A DNA stretch of 32,000 nucleotides. Source: Candidatus Moranella endobia PCIT (lineage in GTDB: Bacteria > Pseudomonadota > Gammaproteobacteria > Enterobacterales > Enterobacteriaceae). Positions 18,240 through 28,527 of this stretch are shown here, one piece after another (positions within the stretch are counted from its first letter, which is position 1; each line of letters begins with the position of its first letter). Location: assembly GCF_000219175.1 (NCBI RefSeq), contig NC_015735.1:120001-152000 (forward strand), written 5' to 3'. The notes under the pieces are model-generated. The model saw only the letters and a program-made list of their open reading frames with translations. It ran no database searches and was not told the origin of the DNA. Made by a program: the position numbers and the translations under genes.

Positions 18240-19472
18240 TCAGTTCAATTGCAGCTGAGGTAGAATCTGTTTAACTTGGGCAAGATATTCTGCTCGATCG
18301 TGACCGATCAAAACTTCAGTACACGGCAATTTGGCGGTCAGAGGATTAACAGCCTGCTGGTTGATCCAGACTTCGTAATGCAAATGAGGGCCAGTAGAAC
18401 GTCCGGTATTGCCGGACAAGGCAATACAAGCACCGCGTTTCACTTTTTGTCCTGGTTTTACCAACAATTTTTTCAGATGCATATAGCGCGTCATGTACTG
18501 GCGGCCGTGGCGGATGGCAACATAGTTACCTGCGGCTCCATCTTGTTTACTAACAATAACTTCGCCATCGCCCACAGCAAGTACTGGCGTACCGACCGGA
18601 ACAGCGAAATCGACGCCGCGATGGGGTGCTATACGGCCGGTGATGGGGTTAAGCCTCTGCGGATTAAAATTGGAGGAAACACGGAATTTTTTTATGGTAG
18701 GAAAACGCATAAACCCCCGGGCTAGACCGGCAGCAGCATCACGGTTATAAAATTTTCCGTCATCAGCGCGGAAAGCATAATAATCTTTACCGCCTGTACG
18801 TAAGCGCAGGCCTAGCAATTTGCTGTTTGCATTTTTGCTCTCGTTTCTTGTCGTCAAAACTGAGAACTGATCACCTTTACGTAATTTAAGAAAATCTAGT
18901 TGCCACTGCAACGCTTTAATTACGGCGTTTATATCACTGCCAGTTAGTCCGGCTAAACGGGCACTATTAATGAAACTACCGTTGAGCTGTCCGGTTAACA
19001 AAACAGTGTTGCGCCATTCGCCTGTCATATTGACTTTTTTTTCCTTTACACCTCCGTCAACTATATCATAGGTACTAGTCGCATGGAAGGTAACACCACA
19101 GCCATACTGGGTAATAACACTGTTGATAGTATCGCCGCTGGTGATGACATGTTGATTTACACCACCAACCACTTCCATACATTCGTTGTTAAGTTCACTC
19201 TTCATAAGGTATTCAGTGTGATCAGGCGTGGTATACCCAAGTAGTTTAATAGCGGTTGATGTAAAATCTATTAATTTCTCGTCTTCCAACAGATTGCTGT
19301 GGCTATCACTATCATACGGTTCTACTACCGGCAAGTAGATATATTGTTGCCGTTGCCAAATGGCAATCGTTAACGTGAAAGTTACTATGGCTAGCAACCC
19401 CAGCATGATGTGATAAGATCGCGACAAAAAATAATTAAACGCCAAGGAGAAAAAGCGGGTTATATGCTGCAC
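18240..19472 (-). CDS. mepM: Murein DD-endopeptidase MepM (YebA), LysM plus M23 peptidase domains
   Basis: The C-terminal two-thirds are collinear with E. coli MepM. Shared motifs are GEW.N..L.G...GSF..SAR.AGLT....AVIKA.QWQ.DF.KL.KGD.F.VL, LLG.RLR..GKDYYA.RA.DGKFY.R, GF.RFPT.K.FR.SSNFNP.R.NP.TGR.APHRGVDFA.P.GTPVL.VGDGEV.V.K..GAAG.YVAIRHGR.Y.TRYMHL.K.LVKPGQKVKRG..IALSGNTGRSTGPHLHYEVWINQQAVNPLTAKLP. It sits adjacent to and in the same orientation as znuA, as in E. coli. Confidence 0.9.
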   Translation of the reverse strand: MQHITRFFSLAFNYFLSRSYHIMLGLLAIVTFTLTIAIWQRQQYIYLPVVEPYDSDSHSNLLEDEKLIDFTSTAIKLLGYTTPDHTEYLMKSELNNECMEVVGGVNQHVITSGDTINSVITQYGCGVTFHATSTYDIVDGGVKEKKVNMTGEWRNTVLLTGQLNGSFINSARLAGLTGSDINAVIKALQWQLDFLKLRKGDQFSVLTTRNESKNANSKLLGLRLRTGGKDYYAFRADDGKFYNRDAAAGLARGFMRFPTIKKFRVSSNFNPQRLNPITGRIAPHRGVDFAVPVGTPVLAVGDGEVIVSKQDGAAGNYVAIRHGRQYMTRYMHLKKLLVKPGQKVKRGACIALSGNTGRSTGPHLHYEVWINQQAVNPLTAKLPCTEVLIGHDRAEYLAQVKQILPQLQLN

Positions 19473-19484
19473 TAATAACTATCC

Positions 19485-20456
19485 TCATATGTTTTTCTCC
19501 AAGCAGCTAACGTACTGATTCGTCAATTGCGATAGAAAGCGTGCGTAGCTTTCTTTGTTCAATGCGATCCCGATTCCCATCGGGTCAAGAGTGCCAATAT
19601 GCACAGACGTACCGCGAACAACGGCATTGATAACAGCTGGTCTAAATTGTGGCTCAGCAAAAATACAAGTCACTTTTTGCTCAACCAACTGTGTTCTAAT
19701 TTTATGTAAAGCCTGTGCACCTGGTTGTATTTCGGGGTTAGCAGTAAAATATCCTGACGGTGTCAGGCCATAGTACTTTTCAAAATACCCATACGCATCG
19801 TGAAATACAACATACCTTTTTGCGCGAAAAGGCGCTAGTATTTTAGCAATATTTTTATCATTTATTGTTAAGTGTTTCTTAAAAAGATATAGATTATTAT
19901 CTAATTTTGTTTTTTTCTCTGGCATTAACTCAGCTAGACGGTGATTAATAGCTTCTGCTATACGCCTAGCGATAATCGGTGATAGCCACAAATGCATATT
20001 ATAGTCACCGTGGTGGTGAATGTGACCACCACGGCATTTTTTATCATATACATGACTATCATATAGTTCTTCTCCAATTTTTGGCAGTAGTGTTGTAACA
20101 GACGGTAGGTCTGCCAATGTAATACACCGTTCAGCCGGCAACGATGAAGCTGGACCTGTAAGAAACGTCTCCATTTTAGCCCCCACCCAAAGTAGCAAAT
20201 CTGCTTTTTTTAACTGCAGCGCATTCGTTGGACGCAAAGCGTAATCATGGGGTGACGCGCCATCTGGCAACATTACCTCTACCGGTATAACACCATCAGC
20301 GATAGCGGCAGCGATGAAGCCCAGTGGACGAATTGAGGCAACTAAAGCAGCTTGTGCATCTATGTTTGCTGTAAAACTAAACACAATTCCTAGAGAAACA
20401 ATACAGCAGATACGTAAAAAAAAACGCGAACATATGATAGGCTTGAACACAGGCAT
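19485..20456 (-). CDS. znuA: Zinc ABC transporter periplasmic binding protein ZnuA
   Basis: A signal peptide is followed by VASI.P.GFIA.AIADGV...EV.LPDGAS.HDY.LRP, a His-rich loop (GGHIHHHGDYNMHLWLSP), Y.VFHDAYGYFEK..GLTP.G.FT.NPEIQPGAQ.LH.IRTQLVEQK.TC.FAEPQFRPAV...V.RGTSV..GTLDP.G, and FLSQL.NQY.SCL. Matches E. coli ZnuA. Confidence 0.92.
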   Translation of the reverse strand: MPVFKPIICSRFFLRICCIVSLGIVFSFTANIDAQAALVASIRPLGFIAAAIADGVIPVEVMLPDGASPHDYALRPTNALQLKKADLLLWVGAKMETFLTGPASSLPAERCITLADLPSVTTLLPKIGEELYDSHVYDKKCRGGHIHHHGDYNMHLWLSPIIARRIAEAINHRLAELMPEKKTKLDNNLYLFKKHLTINDKNIAKILAPFRAKRYVVFHDAYGYFEKYYGLTPSGYFTANPEIQPGAQALHKIRTQLVEQKVTCIFAEPQFRPAVINAVVRGTSVHIGTLDPMGIGIALNKESYARFLSQLTNQYVSCLEKNI

Positions 20457-20484
20457 GGTAATACTCTCATCACAACAGCTTGTT

Positions 20485-20503
20485 ATGTTATAATTTATAA
20501 TTA
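20485..20503. promoter_or_regulatory. Candidate Zur box in the divergent znuA/znuCB control region
   Basis: ATGTTATAATTTATAATTA lies in the 89-bp znuA-znuC spacer and resembles the AT-rich Zur palindrome core TGTTATAwTATAACA. One half-site (TGTTATAA) is good; the other (TTATAA) is degenerate. The position matches the known E. coli Zur operator between znuA and znuC. Confidence 0.35.
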
Positions 20504-20545
20504 ACTATACATGATACATGCTAAAATTTAACAACTGCAATCATC

Positions 20546-21316
20546 ATGAACGATTTAGTAAAACTTGAACATATTTACGTTGCTTTTGGTCAAAAAGAGG
20601 TGCTAAAAGATATCTCTTTCACCTTGTGCTATGGTCGCATTCTTACTTTACTAGGACCAAACGGAGCTGGTAAGTCAACACTAGTGCGGGTAGTGCTCGG
20701 ATTAATAGCTACTACTGCCGGTACACTAATACGGCAACCTAAATTACGAATTGGCTATGTGCCACAGAAAATTCATCTAGATCCAACATTACCGATTACA
20801 GTAGAACGCTTCATGCGTCTGCGACCGGGAGTAAAGAAAAACGATATAATGCCGGCGTTAATGCGGGTACAATCACAACATCTGCGTAAGGCACCCATAC
20901 AGAAACTTTCTGGTGGTGAAATGCAGCGGGTATTGCTGGCGTATGCCTTGCTAAATTCTCCGCAGCTTTTGGTTCTGGACGAGCCTACCCAAGGTATGGA
21001 TGTTAATGGACAAGTGGCATTGTACGATTTAATTGACAACATTCGCCATAAACTTGGTTGCGGTGTGTTGATGGTGTCGCATGATTTACCTTTAGTGATG
21101 GCTAAAACCGATGCCGTGCTTTGTATTAATCACTATATTTGCTGTTCCGGCACACCGGAAGTAGTATGTTCCCATCCGAATTTTATTGCCATGTTCAGGC
21201 AGCTTAGTTCGCAGCCGTTAGCGCTTTCCCACAATAATCATCACTACTACCACCATTTTTTACATGGCGCGGCAGTAACGAAAGCACCCGCGCCATGGGA
21301 AGTTAGCCATGATTGA
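20546..21316 (+). CDS. znuC: Zinc ABC transporter ATP-binding protein ZnuC
   Basis: Walker A is [19 protein letters not shown], the signature is [12 protein letters not shown], and Walker B is [53 protein letters not shown] is also present. The protein is collinear with E. coli ZnuC and has a His-rich C-terminus. Confidence 0.93.
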   Translation: MNDLVKLEHIYVAFGQKEVLKDISFTLCYGRILTLLGPNGAGKSTLVRVVLGLIATTAGTLIRQPKLRIGYVPQKIHLDPTLPITVERFMRLRPGVKKNDIMPALMRVQSQHLRKAPIQKLSGGEMQRVLLAYALLNSPQLLVLDEPTQGMDVNGQVALYDLIDNIRHKLGCGVLMVSHDLPLVMAKTDAVLCINHYICCSGTPEVVCSHPNFIAMFRQLSSQPLALSHNNHHYYHHFLHGAAVTKAPAPWEVSHD

Positions 21317-22094
21317 ATTATTGCTGCCTGGATGGTTAGCTGGTGTGCTGTTATCACTGGCAGCTGGTCCGCTAGGAGCATTAGTCATCTGGCGAAAAAT
21401 GTCTTCTTTCGGTGATACTCTTGCCCACGCATCGCTGCTTAGCGTTGCTTGCAGCATGTTATTGAACATCAATCCGTTGTATACGGTGGTTTTGGTGATT
21501 CTGGTGCTGGCAGTTGGGCTCGTATGGCTAGAAAGTTTCCCCCACTTGGCTGTTGACACTTTGCTGGGAATCATTGCGCACAGTACACTATCCTTAGGCC
21601 TAGTATTGGTCAGCCGTATGCATGGGATACGGGTTGATCTAATGGCGTATCTATTTGGCGATCTGCTAGCGGTAACTCCAAAAGATATTGTTCTGGTGGG
21701 CACTGGTGTAGCGGTCGTGCTAACACTTCTCATTTGGCAATGGGACGCGCTGTTGTCCATAACCATAAGTCCAGAATTAGCCCATGTAGATGGAATATGC
21801 CTAAACCGTATCAAGCTAATCTTAATGCTGGTTACAGCGTTAATCATCGGATTGGCGATGAAATTTGTCGGTGCTTTAATTATTACTTCGTTGCTCATTA
21901 TTCCGGCAGCGGCAGCCAGTAGTTGTGCGCGTAGTCCAGAACAAATGGCAGGATACGCTACCTTAGCGGGCACACTAGCAGTCACTGGCGGGCTGGCATT
22001 GTCAGCGGTATACGATACACCAGCCGGACCGTCTGTAGTACTGTGCGCCTCGTTGTTATTTCTACTAAGCCTTACCCTAAAATATAGGTATTAA
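21309..22094 (+). CDS. znuB: Zinc ABC transporter permease ZnuB
   Basis: 261 aa, the same length as E. coli ZnuB. It starts [15 protein letters not shown], is polytopic and hydrophobic throughout, and overlaps the znuC stop by 8 nt. Confidence 0.93.
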   Translation: MIELLLPGWLAGVLLSLAAGPLGALVIWRKMSSFGDTLAHASLLSVACSMLLNINPLYTVVLVILVLAVGLVWLESFPHLAVDTLLGIIAHSTLSLGLVLVSRMHGIRVDLMAYLFGDLLAVTPKDIVLVGTGVAVVLTLLIWQWDALLSITISPELAHVDGICLNRIKLILMLVTALIIGLAMKFVGALIITSLLIIPAAAASSCARSPEQMAGYATLAGTLAVTGGLALSAVYDTPAGPSVVLCASLLFLLSLTLKYRY

Positions 22095-22178
22095 CTGCTG
22101 TTGGCGGCGACAGGAAACTAACTAGCAGCGCTATCCACCGGTTAGGTGGTTAAGATTAGGTAGGTTAAGATGCTCTGC

Positions 22179-23183
22179 TTAGTCCTTGCCGCTGCGTACT
22201 TCTAGCCCAAAGTGACGATAAGCTCGGACGGTAGCAATACGACCGCGTGGTGTTCGTTGTATAAATCCTTGCTGAATTAAAAACGGCTCTAGCACATCTT
22301 CTATGGTATTACGTTCCTCACCAATTGCAACAGCCAGGCTATCCAAACCAACCGGTCCACCGACAAATTGATCAATGATTGCCAACAGCAGTTTACGATC
22401 CATGAAATCGCACCCTTCGGTATCAACATTCAACATGTTGAGTGCGTTCACTGCTACCTCATCGGTGATATGGCCACTTGCCCGCACGTCAGCAAAATCG
22501 CGAACACGGCGCAGTAACCTATTTGCTATCCTCGGCGTACCGCGTGCCCGGCGTGCAATTTCACTCGCGCCGCTTTCAGTAATATTCAACGCCAAACAGG
22601 TAGCACTGCGGCTAACAATATGCTGTAAATCCCTAGTTGCATAAAAATCTAACCGTTGCACAATCCCAAAACGGTCACGCAATGGTGGCGTCAACAAGCC
22701 GGCGCGAGTGGTAGCGCCCACTAGGGTAAAAGGTGGTAACTCTATTTTAATAGTGCGGGCTGACGCTCCCTCACCTATAATTATATCCAGCTGATAATCT
22801 TCCATGGCAGGATAAAGTACTTCCTCTACTACCGGTGACAATCGATGAATTTCATCGATAAATAAAATGTCATGTGGTTCTAGGTTGGTCAGCATCGCCA
22901 CTAGATCGCCTGCTTTTTCTAGCACTGGACCTGAAGTAATACGCAGATTTACACCCATTTCATTAGCAACAATGTTCGCAAGCGTGGTTTTACCCAGCCC
23001 CGGGGGCCCCGAGATTAGCAGATGATCGAGTGCGTTGCCACGCATTTTAGATGCCTGAATGAAAATATCCATCTGCATGCGCACTTGAGGCTGGCCTATA
23101 TAGTCTTCCAGTGTTTTTGGTCGTATAGTGCGGTCAATTACATCTTCTTCGGTTATATCTTCGACAATATTGGCTTCTATCAT
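22179..23183 (-). CDS. ruvB: Holliday junction branch-migration helicase RuvB
   Basis: MIEA...[108 protein letters not shown] and [17 protein letters not shown] are near-identical to E. coli RuvB. I chose the ATG at 23183 (GAGG upstream) rather than the GTG at 23195. Confidence 0.96.
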   Translation of the reverse strand: MIEANIVEDITEEDVIDRTIRPKTLEDYIGQPQVRMQMDIFIQASKMRGNALDHLLISGPPGLGKTTLANIVANEMGVNLRITSGPVLEKAGDLVAMLTNLEPHDILFIDEIHRLSPVVEEVLYPAMEDYQLDIIIGEGASARTIKIELPPFTLVGATTRAGLLTPPLRDRFGIVQRLDFYATRDLQHIVSRSATCLALNITESGASEIARRARGTPRIANRLLRRVRDFADVRASGHITDEVAVNALNMLNVDTEGCDFMDRKLLLAIIDQFVGGPVGLDSLAVAIGEERNTIEDVLEPFLIQQGFIQRTPRGRIATVRAYRHFGLEVRSGKD

Positions 23184-23191
23184 CCTACACC

Positions 23192-23812
23192 TCACAGCGC
23201 AACGCGTAGCGCAGCACGTATAAGCATTTCACAATCAGCGTCTGCGCTGGCCACTTTGTGTACCATCCTGCTTGCTTCCTGCGGTTTATATCCTAGTGTC
23301 ACCAGCGCGGCAACTGCTTCTTTCTCAGGATCATTCATCTTAAATTCTTTTTCGATGTTATTATTACACATCTCGCCAGAAACATGTGGTGCAAACAGAT
23401 CACTAGACAGGACTTTGAATCTGTCCTTCATTTCTACTACCAGCCGTTCCGCTGTTTTTTTTCCGACACCGGGCAATTTTATCAGCGCGTTGATTTCCTG
23501 TCGTTCCACAGCGCTAACAAATTGCTGCGCTGACATTCCGGACAAAATAGCTAGCGCCAACTTTGGTCCAACGCCGTTTACTTTAATCAGTTCGCGAAAC
23601 AGCAACCGTTCCTGCCTATGAATAAAACCAAATAGTAGTTGGGCGTCCTCACGTATTACAAAATGGGTGAAAATGATTATTTCTTGTCCAATTGCAGGTA
23701 ACGCATAAAAGCAGGTCATTGGCAATTGCATTTCATAACCTACTCCATTCGTTTCTAACAGTACCTGTGGTGGTTGTTTTTCTAGAATAATACCCCTTAG
23801 ACGTCCAATCAC
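23192..23812 (-). CDS. ruvA: Holliday junction DNA-binding protein RuvA
   Basis: (V/M)[21 protein letters not shown]...PMTCFY.LP..GQE.I.FTHF..REDAQLL.GF....[34 protein letters not shown]...[21 protein letters not shown] and [20 protein letters not shown] matches E. coli RuvA. The start is placed at the GTG at 23812, which has AGGAAGG upstream, to match the MIGRLRG N-terminus. Confidence 0.93.
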   Translation of the reverse strand: MIGRLRGIILEKQPPQVLLETNGVGYEMQLPMTCFYALPAIGQEIIIFTHFVIREDAQLLFGFIHRQERLLFRELIKVNGVGPKLALAILSGMSAQQFVSAVERQEINALIKLPGVGKKTAERLVVEMKDRFKVLSSDLFAPHVSGEMCNNNIEKEFKMNDPEKEAVAALVTLGYKPQEASRMVHKVASADADCEMLIRAALRVAL

Positions 23813-23846
23813 TTCTACCTTCCTTTCCACTGCAGGTGATTTATCT

Positions 23847-23862
23847 CTAATCTATCCTTCAG
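23847..23862 (-). promoter_or_regulatory. Possible degenerate LexA (SOS) box upstream of ruvA
   Basis: The minus strand reads CTGAAGGATAGATTAG, that is CTG-N10-TAG, against the LexA consensus CTG-N10-CAG. The E. coli ruvA box CTGGATATCTATCCAG sits at a comparable position. One of the critical trinucleotides is mutated. Confidence 0.25.
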
Positions 23863-23900
23863 GTGGTAATACGCCGCTGTCTGCAGCTTAACTTAAGCTA

Positions 23901-24395
23901 TTATCGCTGGTCCATGCGTAGGTAATTCTGGTTTACTTGGCAATGGGTAATGGCAATTGCTAGCGCATCAGCCGCGTCAGCCTGCGGATTGGCTGGTAGC
24001 TTCAATAGAGTACGTACCATGTATTGTATCTGGCTTTTCTCTGCTGACCCAGTTCCAACTACCATTTTTTTGACCTGACGTGCCGCATATTCAAAAACTG
24101 TCAAATTTAAGTTAATAGCTGCTACAATGGCTACACCACGCGCCTGGCCAAGTTTGAGCGCTGCATCGGCATTTTTTGCCATAAAAACCTGCTCAATGGC
24201 TAGATAATCGGGCTTAAACTTAGTAATTAGTTCACTAACGCCAGCATAGATCAATTTCAAACGACCGGGAAGGTTGTCCACTTTGTTGCAGAAACAGCCG
24301 CTGCCTAGGTAGCTTAGTTTTCTTCCCTCCTGACGAAGTATACCATAGCCGGTAATGCGTGAGCCGGGGTCGATACCCAATATGACGACGGTCAT
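23901..24395 (-). CDS. ruvC: Holliday junction resolvase RuvC
   Basis: [25 protein letters not shown]......[96 protein letters not shown] matches E. coli RuvC. It is slightly shorter at the C-terminus (164 aa against 173). Confidence 0.94.
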   Translation of the reverse strand: MTVVILGIDPGSRITGYGILRQEGRKLSYLGSGCFCNKVDNLPGRLKLIYAGVSELITKFKPDYLAIEQVFMAKNADAALKLGQARGVAIVAAINLNLTVFEYAARQVKKMVVGTGSAEKSQIQYMVRTLLKLPANPQADAADALAIAITHCQVNQNYLRMDQR

Positions 24396-24452
24396 GCCGC
24401 TACTAGCGACTAGCGCAATAGATCACTAGTACCCTCACACCCTTATCCATCA

Positions 24453-25196
24453 TCAAATGGTAGCAGCTAATTTAGCGGATATTTCACCGTTGTGGTATAC
24501 GTCCTGGACATCATCGGAATCTTCTAACATATCGATAAGGCGCAGTAATTTTGGTGCGCTTTCCGCATCTAGGTTAACACGGGTAGATGGGATAAGAGCC
24601 ACTTCCGCAGATTCCGGTGTCAGACCGGCAGCTTCTAGCGTTTCTTTAACTTTACCGACCGATTCCGGCTGAGTGTATACATCAATCGCGCCGTCATCAT
24701 AAGTGATCACATCATCAGCACCGGACTCAAGTGCCGAGTCTATCACAGCATCTTCGCTCAGACCAGGCGCAAACGACAGCACACCTCGTTTTGTGAAAAG
24801 ATACGAGACAGAACCGTCAGTGCTAAGATTGCCACCGTGTTTAGTAAAAGCGTTACGCACTTCTGACACAGTTCTGTTTCGGTTATCACTCAGGCACTCA
24901 ACCATGACAGCGGTACCACCTGGGCCATAACCTTCATAATTAATGGTTTCCATATGCGTTTCATCATCAGAACCAACACCACGTGCAATGGCGCGATTCA
25001 GCGTTTCCCGCGTCATATTATTCGCTAATGCTTTATCTACCGCCGTGCGTAAACGAGAATTTGAGCCGAGATCCCCGCCGCCTAGCTTGGCGGCGGTCAC
25101 TAATGATCGGATAATTTTGGTGAAAATTTTCCCTCGTTTGGCGTCCTGGGCGGCTTTGCGATGCTTGGTATTGGCCCATTTACTATGACCTGCCAT
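24453..25196 (-). CDS. yebC: YebC/PmpR family transcriptional regulator
   Basis: [41 protein letters not shown]...[24 protein letters not shown] and [33 protein letters not shown] match E. coli YebC. It is upstream of ruvC as in E. coli. Confidence 0.94.
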   Translation of the reverse strand: MAGHSKWANTKHRKAAQDAKRGKIFTKIIRSLVTAAKLGGGDLGSNSRLRTAVDKALANNMTRETLNRAIARGVGSDDETHMETINYEGYGPGGTAVMVECLSDNRNRTVSEVRNAFTKHGGNLSTDGSVSYLFTKRGVLSFAPGLSEDAVIDSALESGADDVITYDDGAIDVYTQPESVGKVKETLEAAGLTPESAEVALIPSTRVNLDAESAPKLLRLIDMLEDSDDVQDVYHNGEISAKLAATI

Positions 25197-25272
25197 ATTT
25201 TCTCCGCAGCAGCATTATCAAGCCCAATGAATAAATATTCCTAAATTACCTACTACTGGTTATTATAATATT

Positions 25273-25341
25273 TTATGGCTTTAGCACCAACTGAGATGCT
25301 TGCAAACGATTGTAGACTACTAGGTATAACCTATCTTTGAT
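25273..25341 (-). pseudogene. nudB: Relic of dihydroneopterin triphosphate diphosphatase (internal deletion, start lost)
   Basis: E. coli order is aspS-nudB-yebC-ruvC. Here only 200 bp separate aspS from yebC. The minus strand reads ATC AAA GAT AGG TTA TAC CTA GTA GTC TAC AAT CGT TTG CAA GCA TCT CAG TTG GTG CTA AAG CCA TAA, which translates to I-KDRLY-LVVY-NRLQASQLVLKP*. It aligns with the NudB N-terminus MKDKVYKRPVSILVVIY joined directly to its C-terminus SNRQAIEQFVINAA*. The ATG has become ATC and the Nudix core is gone. Confidence 0.5.
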
Positions 25342-25396
25342 AGTTTTGGCAATTTTGCAGTCCTCAAAAGTGCGTTCCTTGTTTCTGATTTTCCTG

Positions 25397-27157
25397 CTAG
25401 TGACCAACGACAGCAATAGAAAGATCGGCTAGTGCCTCAGACTGACCAAGGCTAGGGGCGGTGGTCATTAGATCCAACGCTGTAGTTGTTTTCGGAAAAG
25501 CGATAACATCGCGAATATTATCAGTACCGGTCAGTAGCATGACCAAACGATCCAGGCCGAAGGCCAGGCCTGCATGTGGGGGTGTGCCATAGTTCAAAGC
25601 ATCTAGCAAAAAACCGAATTTATCTTGCTGTTCATTTTCATTAATGCCCAAAATGTCGAAAACGGTCCGCTGCATGTCACAGCGGTGTATACGTACTGAG
25701 CCGCCGCCAACCTCAGAACCGTTAATCACTATGTCGTAAGCATTTGCCAACGCTGCAGCTGGGCAGGCAGCAAGTGTCTTGGCATCGATATCCTTTGGAG
25801 CCGTGAATGGATGATGCATAGTAGCCAGCCGGCCATTATCTTCTTCCTCAAACATTGGAAAGTCTACCACCCACAGTGGCTTCCATTGGTATTGTTTCGT
25901 GATCAGCAAATCCAAGCCTAGCTTGATACGCAGCGCACCAAGCGCATGGGTCACGATGCTGGCGCGATCAGCACAGAAGAAAATGATGTCACCATCGGCG
26001 GCATTGGTACGTAACATAATCTGTTCAATTACCTGTGGCTCCAAAAATTTGGTCACTGGGCTTTGCAAGCCTACTGCGCCGCCGAAACGCTGGTACACCT
26101 TAATCCACATCAAATTTTTAGCACCATATACTTCAATATATTTACTGTATTCTGCAATCTTTGTACGGCTTAGCTGAGCACCACCGGGCACGCACAATGC
26201 TGCTACGCGGCAGTTGCTGTCTGTGGCAAAAGCAGAGAACAATTTGAACTCAACATTCTTAACTAAGTCAGCCACGTCTACCAATTCCATTGGATTACGC
26301 AGATCAGGTTTGTCAGAACCAAAACGGCGCATGGCGTCTGCATAAGTAATCTGCGGGAAAACGCCCAGGTCGATGCCTTTAATATCGCGCCACAAATCAC
26401 GCACTAGCCGCTCCATTATTTCACGCACCTGTACTGCAGTCATAAATGAAGTTTCCATATCAATCTGGGTAAATTCAGGCTGACGATCAGTGCGTAGGTC
26501 TTCATCGCGGAAACATTTGACAATCTGGTAGTAGCGGTCTAAACCAGACATCATCAACAATTGTTTGAACAGTTGCGGTGACTGTGACAAGGCATAAAAT
26601 TTACCTTTATGCACACGACTAGGCACAAGATAATCGCGAGCGCCTTCCAGCGTTGACTTGGTTAACACCGGTGTTTCAATATCTATAAATCCTTCTGCAT
26701 CCATGAAACTGCGCACGAAATTTGAGATACGCGCCCGCATTTTTAGACGCTTTACCATAATTGGTCGTCGTAAGTCAAGGTAGCGGAATTTAAGACGATT
26801 TTCTTCAGTATTATTTTGGTTTGTATCTAGTGGTAGAGGTGCAGAACGGTTTATAATGGTAAGTTTTGTTGCCAAAATTTCTACAGTCCCAGTAACAAGA
26901 TCTCTATTTACCTGTTTGGCCTGGCGCGCACGTACCATACCTGTTAGTTGCAGACAGAATTCATTGCGAAGCTCGGCAGCACAAGTGAATATATCCTGAT
27001 CATCAGGATCAAAAAATACTTGTACCAGACCTTCACGATCACGTAAATCGATGAAAATCATACCTCCTAGATCACGACGTCGGTTGACCCAACCGCATAA
27101 TGTTACTTGCTGACCAACATATGATAGGTTAAGCTGTCCGCAATATATAGTGCGCAT
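25397..27157 (-). CDS. aspS: Aspartate--tRNA ligase
   Basis: 586 aa, collinear with E. coli AspS (590 aa). Shared motifs are [64 protein letters not shown], the class II motifs, G.E.GGGS.RIH and [28 protein letters not shown]. Confidence 0.97.
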   Translation of the reverse strand: MRTIYCGQLNLSYVGQQVTLCGWVNRRRDLGGMIFIDLRDREGLVQVFFDPDDQDIFTCAAELRNEFCLQLTGMVRARQAKQVNRDLVTGTVEILATKLTIINRSAPLPLDTNQNNTEENRLKFRYLDLRRPIMVKRLKMRARISNFVRSFMDAEGFIDIETPVLTKSTLEGARDYLVPSRVHKGKFYALSQSPQLFKQLLMMSGLDRYYQIVKCFRDEDLRTDRQPEFTQIDMETSFMTAVQVREIMERLVRDLWRDIKGIDLGVFPQITYADAMRRFGSDKPDLRNPMELVDVADLVKNVEFKLFSAFATDSNCRVAALCVPGGAQLSRTKIAEYSKYIEVYGAKNLMWIKVYQRFGGAVGLQSPVTKFLEPQVIEQIMLRTNAADGDIIFFCADRASIVTHALGALRIKLGLDLLITKQYQWKPLWVVDFPMFEEEDNGRLATMHHPFTAPKDIDAKTLAACPAAALANAYDIVINGSEVGGGSVRIHRCDMQRTVFDILGINENEQQDKFGFLLDALNYGTPPHAGLAFGLDRLVMLLTGTDNIRDVIAFPKTTTALDLMTTAPSLGQSEALADLSIAVVGH

Positions 27158-27267
27158 GAAGATATCCTTGAAATTAATTCCTTCTTCAGTGAGTGCTTAT
27201 TAGCTAGCTTAGCTGTTAATTAGCTGCGAACTAACAACTAATTGTGGCTATAGACATCAAGGAAAAC

Positions 27268-27307
27268 GAAAACCATGCCGATAATAGATAATATCGGCAT
27301 GGTTTTC
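27268..27307 (-). terminator. Rho-independent terminator downstream of ibpB
   Basis: A perfect 16-bp inverted repeat, GAAAACCATGCCGATA (27268-27283) and TATCGGCATGGTTTTC (27292-27307), with an 8-nt loop. On the minus strand the stem is followed by TTTTCGTTTTCC. It lies 52 nt after the ibpB stop. Confidence 0.75.
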
Positions 27308-27358
27308 TGCGTGACTTTGACGGACTGAATTGAATTATTCACACCTATGGCTATCTAT

Positions 27359-27838
27359 CTATTGCGCTGGCGCTATTTTTTCAGAATCAATAGTACGGCT
27401 GCGATTACGCAACCCCGGCTGCTGCTCGTTGGAACCAATGGCAATACGCCTGGGTTGCAGCGATTCAGGAATATGCCGCTCTAGATCGATGTTAAGCAAA
27501 CCATTAGTTAAATCAGCCTGGGCAACATTCATATGCTCCGCTAAAGTAAAGCTCAAGGAAAACTCTTGGCATACTAGTCCCTGATGCAAATAACGTCGTT
27601 CTTTATCCGCTAGAGCTGGTTTGCCTTTAATTGTAAGTCGCGGGCCTTCAATTTCAATCGATAATTCATGCTGACTAAAACCAGCTAGTGCTAGAGTAAT
27701 GCGATAATGGTTATCATCGCTTTTTTCAATATTATACTGGGGGTAACTAACACCCTGAAAGTCGCCTTGCATATTGCTGGCTAATTCATCAAAACCGATC
27801 CATTGTCGCAACAATGGAGAAAGATCAAAATTACGCAT
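27359..27838 (-). CDS. ibpB: Small heat shock protein IbpB
   Basis: [18 protein letters not shown]......[36 protein letters not shown]........[18 protein letters not shown]...NGLL.IDL matches E. coli IbpB. The C-terminus is about 17 aa longer than the 142-aa E. coli protein. Confidence 0.9.
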   Translation of the reverse strand: MRNFDLSPLLRQWIGFDELASNMQGDFQGVSYPQYNIEKSDDNHYRITLALAGFSQHELSIEIEGPRLTIKGKPALADKERRYLHQGLVCQEFSLSFTLAEHMNVAQADLTNGLLNIDLERHIPESLQPRRIAIGSNEQQPGLRNRSRTIDSEKIAPAQ

Positions 27839-27974
27839 ATTATTTGCTCCTTCGGTTAACCTCGATCCTATATTACCTAGAACCTATATAATTAACTAAA
27901 CCCACCAAGCGATTTAAAACAGCCCGTACATAGCATGTCAAATTTATTAGATGGAAGCTTACAGGAGTCAGAAG

Positions 27975-28391
27975 TTATTTTATTTCAATGCGGCGTGGTT
28001 TTAACGTTTCAGGAACTACACGTTCTAAATCAATAAATAGCAAACCATTTACCACATGAGCACCTTTGATTTGTATATGTTCGGCCAATTGAAATTTACG
28101 CTCGAAATTGCGCTCAGTGATACCTTGGTATAAGTAATTTCGTGCACCTTGCTCGTTATTAGCATGAGCACCTTTTATTGTCAATAAATTATCATTGGCA
28201 GTAATTTCCAGCTCACCGTCAGCAAAACCTGCTACTGCAACGGCAATCCGGTACTGGTCTTCGCTAACCAATTCAACATTATAAGGTGGGTAACCGCCAT
28301 TACCCTGGCCCTGGCCAGTTTCAAGCAGATTAACCAATCGATCAAAACCTATGGCAGAACGGTATAGCGGTGAAAAATCAAAATTACGCAT
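27975..28391 (-). CDS. ibpA: Small heat shock protein IbpA
   Basis: [21 protein letters not shown]......[38 protein letters not shown].......[19 protein letters not shown]...GA..VNGLL.IDLERV.PE..KPRRIEI is near-identical to E. coli IbpA. 138 aa. Confidence 0.95.
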   Translation of the reverse strand: MRNFDFSPLYRSAIGFDRLVNLLETGQGQGNGGYPPYNVELVSEDQYRIAVAVAGFADGELEITANDNLLTIKGAHANNEQGARNYLYQGITERNFERKFQLAEHIQIKGAHVVNGLLFIDLERVVPETLKPRRIEIK

Positions 28392-28398
28392 ATGTGAA

Positions 28399-28423
28399 AG
28401 CCTCCAAAACTTAGCGATGGCGT
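28399..28423 (-). promoter_or_regulatory. Candidate ROSE-like RNA thermometer hairpin masking the ibpA Shine-Dalgarno
   Basis: The minus-strand 5' UTR ends GCCAUCGCUAAGUUUUGGAGGCUUUCACAUAUG. The U(U/C)GCU motif typical of ROSE-like thermometers (here UCGCU) lies 7 nt upstream of the GGAGG SD and can pair with it imperfectly, flanked by GCC/GGC. E. coli ibpA is known to carry such an element. The fold was done by eye only. Confidence 0.35.
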
Positions 28424-28496
28424 AACAACCTACCTAACCATCGGACAAGTCAACAACCTGATCAACCTTACGGCAAATCTATCTTGAGCCCAGTAA

Positions 28497-28527
28497 TAAG
28501 AATGGTACCGCAAACTAGTTTTTCAAT
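28497..28527 (-). promoter_or_regulatory. Candidate sigma-32 heat-shock promoter of ibpAB
   Basis: The minus strand reads ATTGAAAA-(15 nt)-CCATTCTTA, about 100 nt upstream of ibpA. The sigma-32 consensus is CTTGAAA-N13-17-CCCCATnTA. The -10 element is a partial match. Confidence 0.4.

Noticed and set aside
21260-21985. 241-aa ORF on the minus strand
   Set aside because: It lies entirely antisense to the strongly conserved znuB and the end of znuC. The translation is low-complexity and Ser/Thr/Ala/Pro-rich, as expected for the reverse frame of a hydrophobic membrane gene, and it has no homology or RBS.
23022-23621. 199-aa plus-strand ORF spanning the ruvB/ruvA junction
   Set aside because: It is antisense to two conserved genes, crosses their boundary, and shows no recognisable domain. 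It is a shadow ORF.
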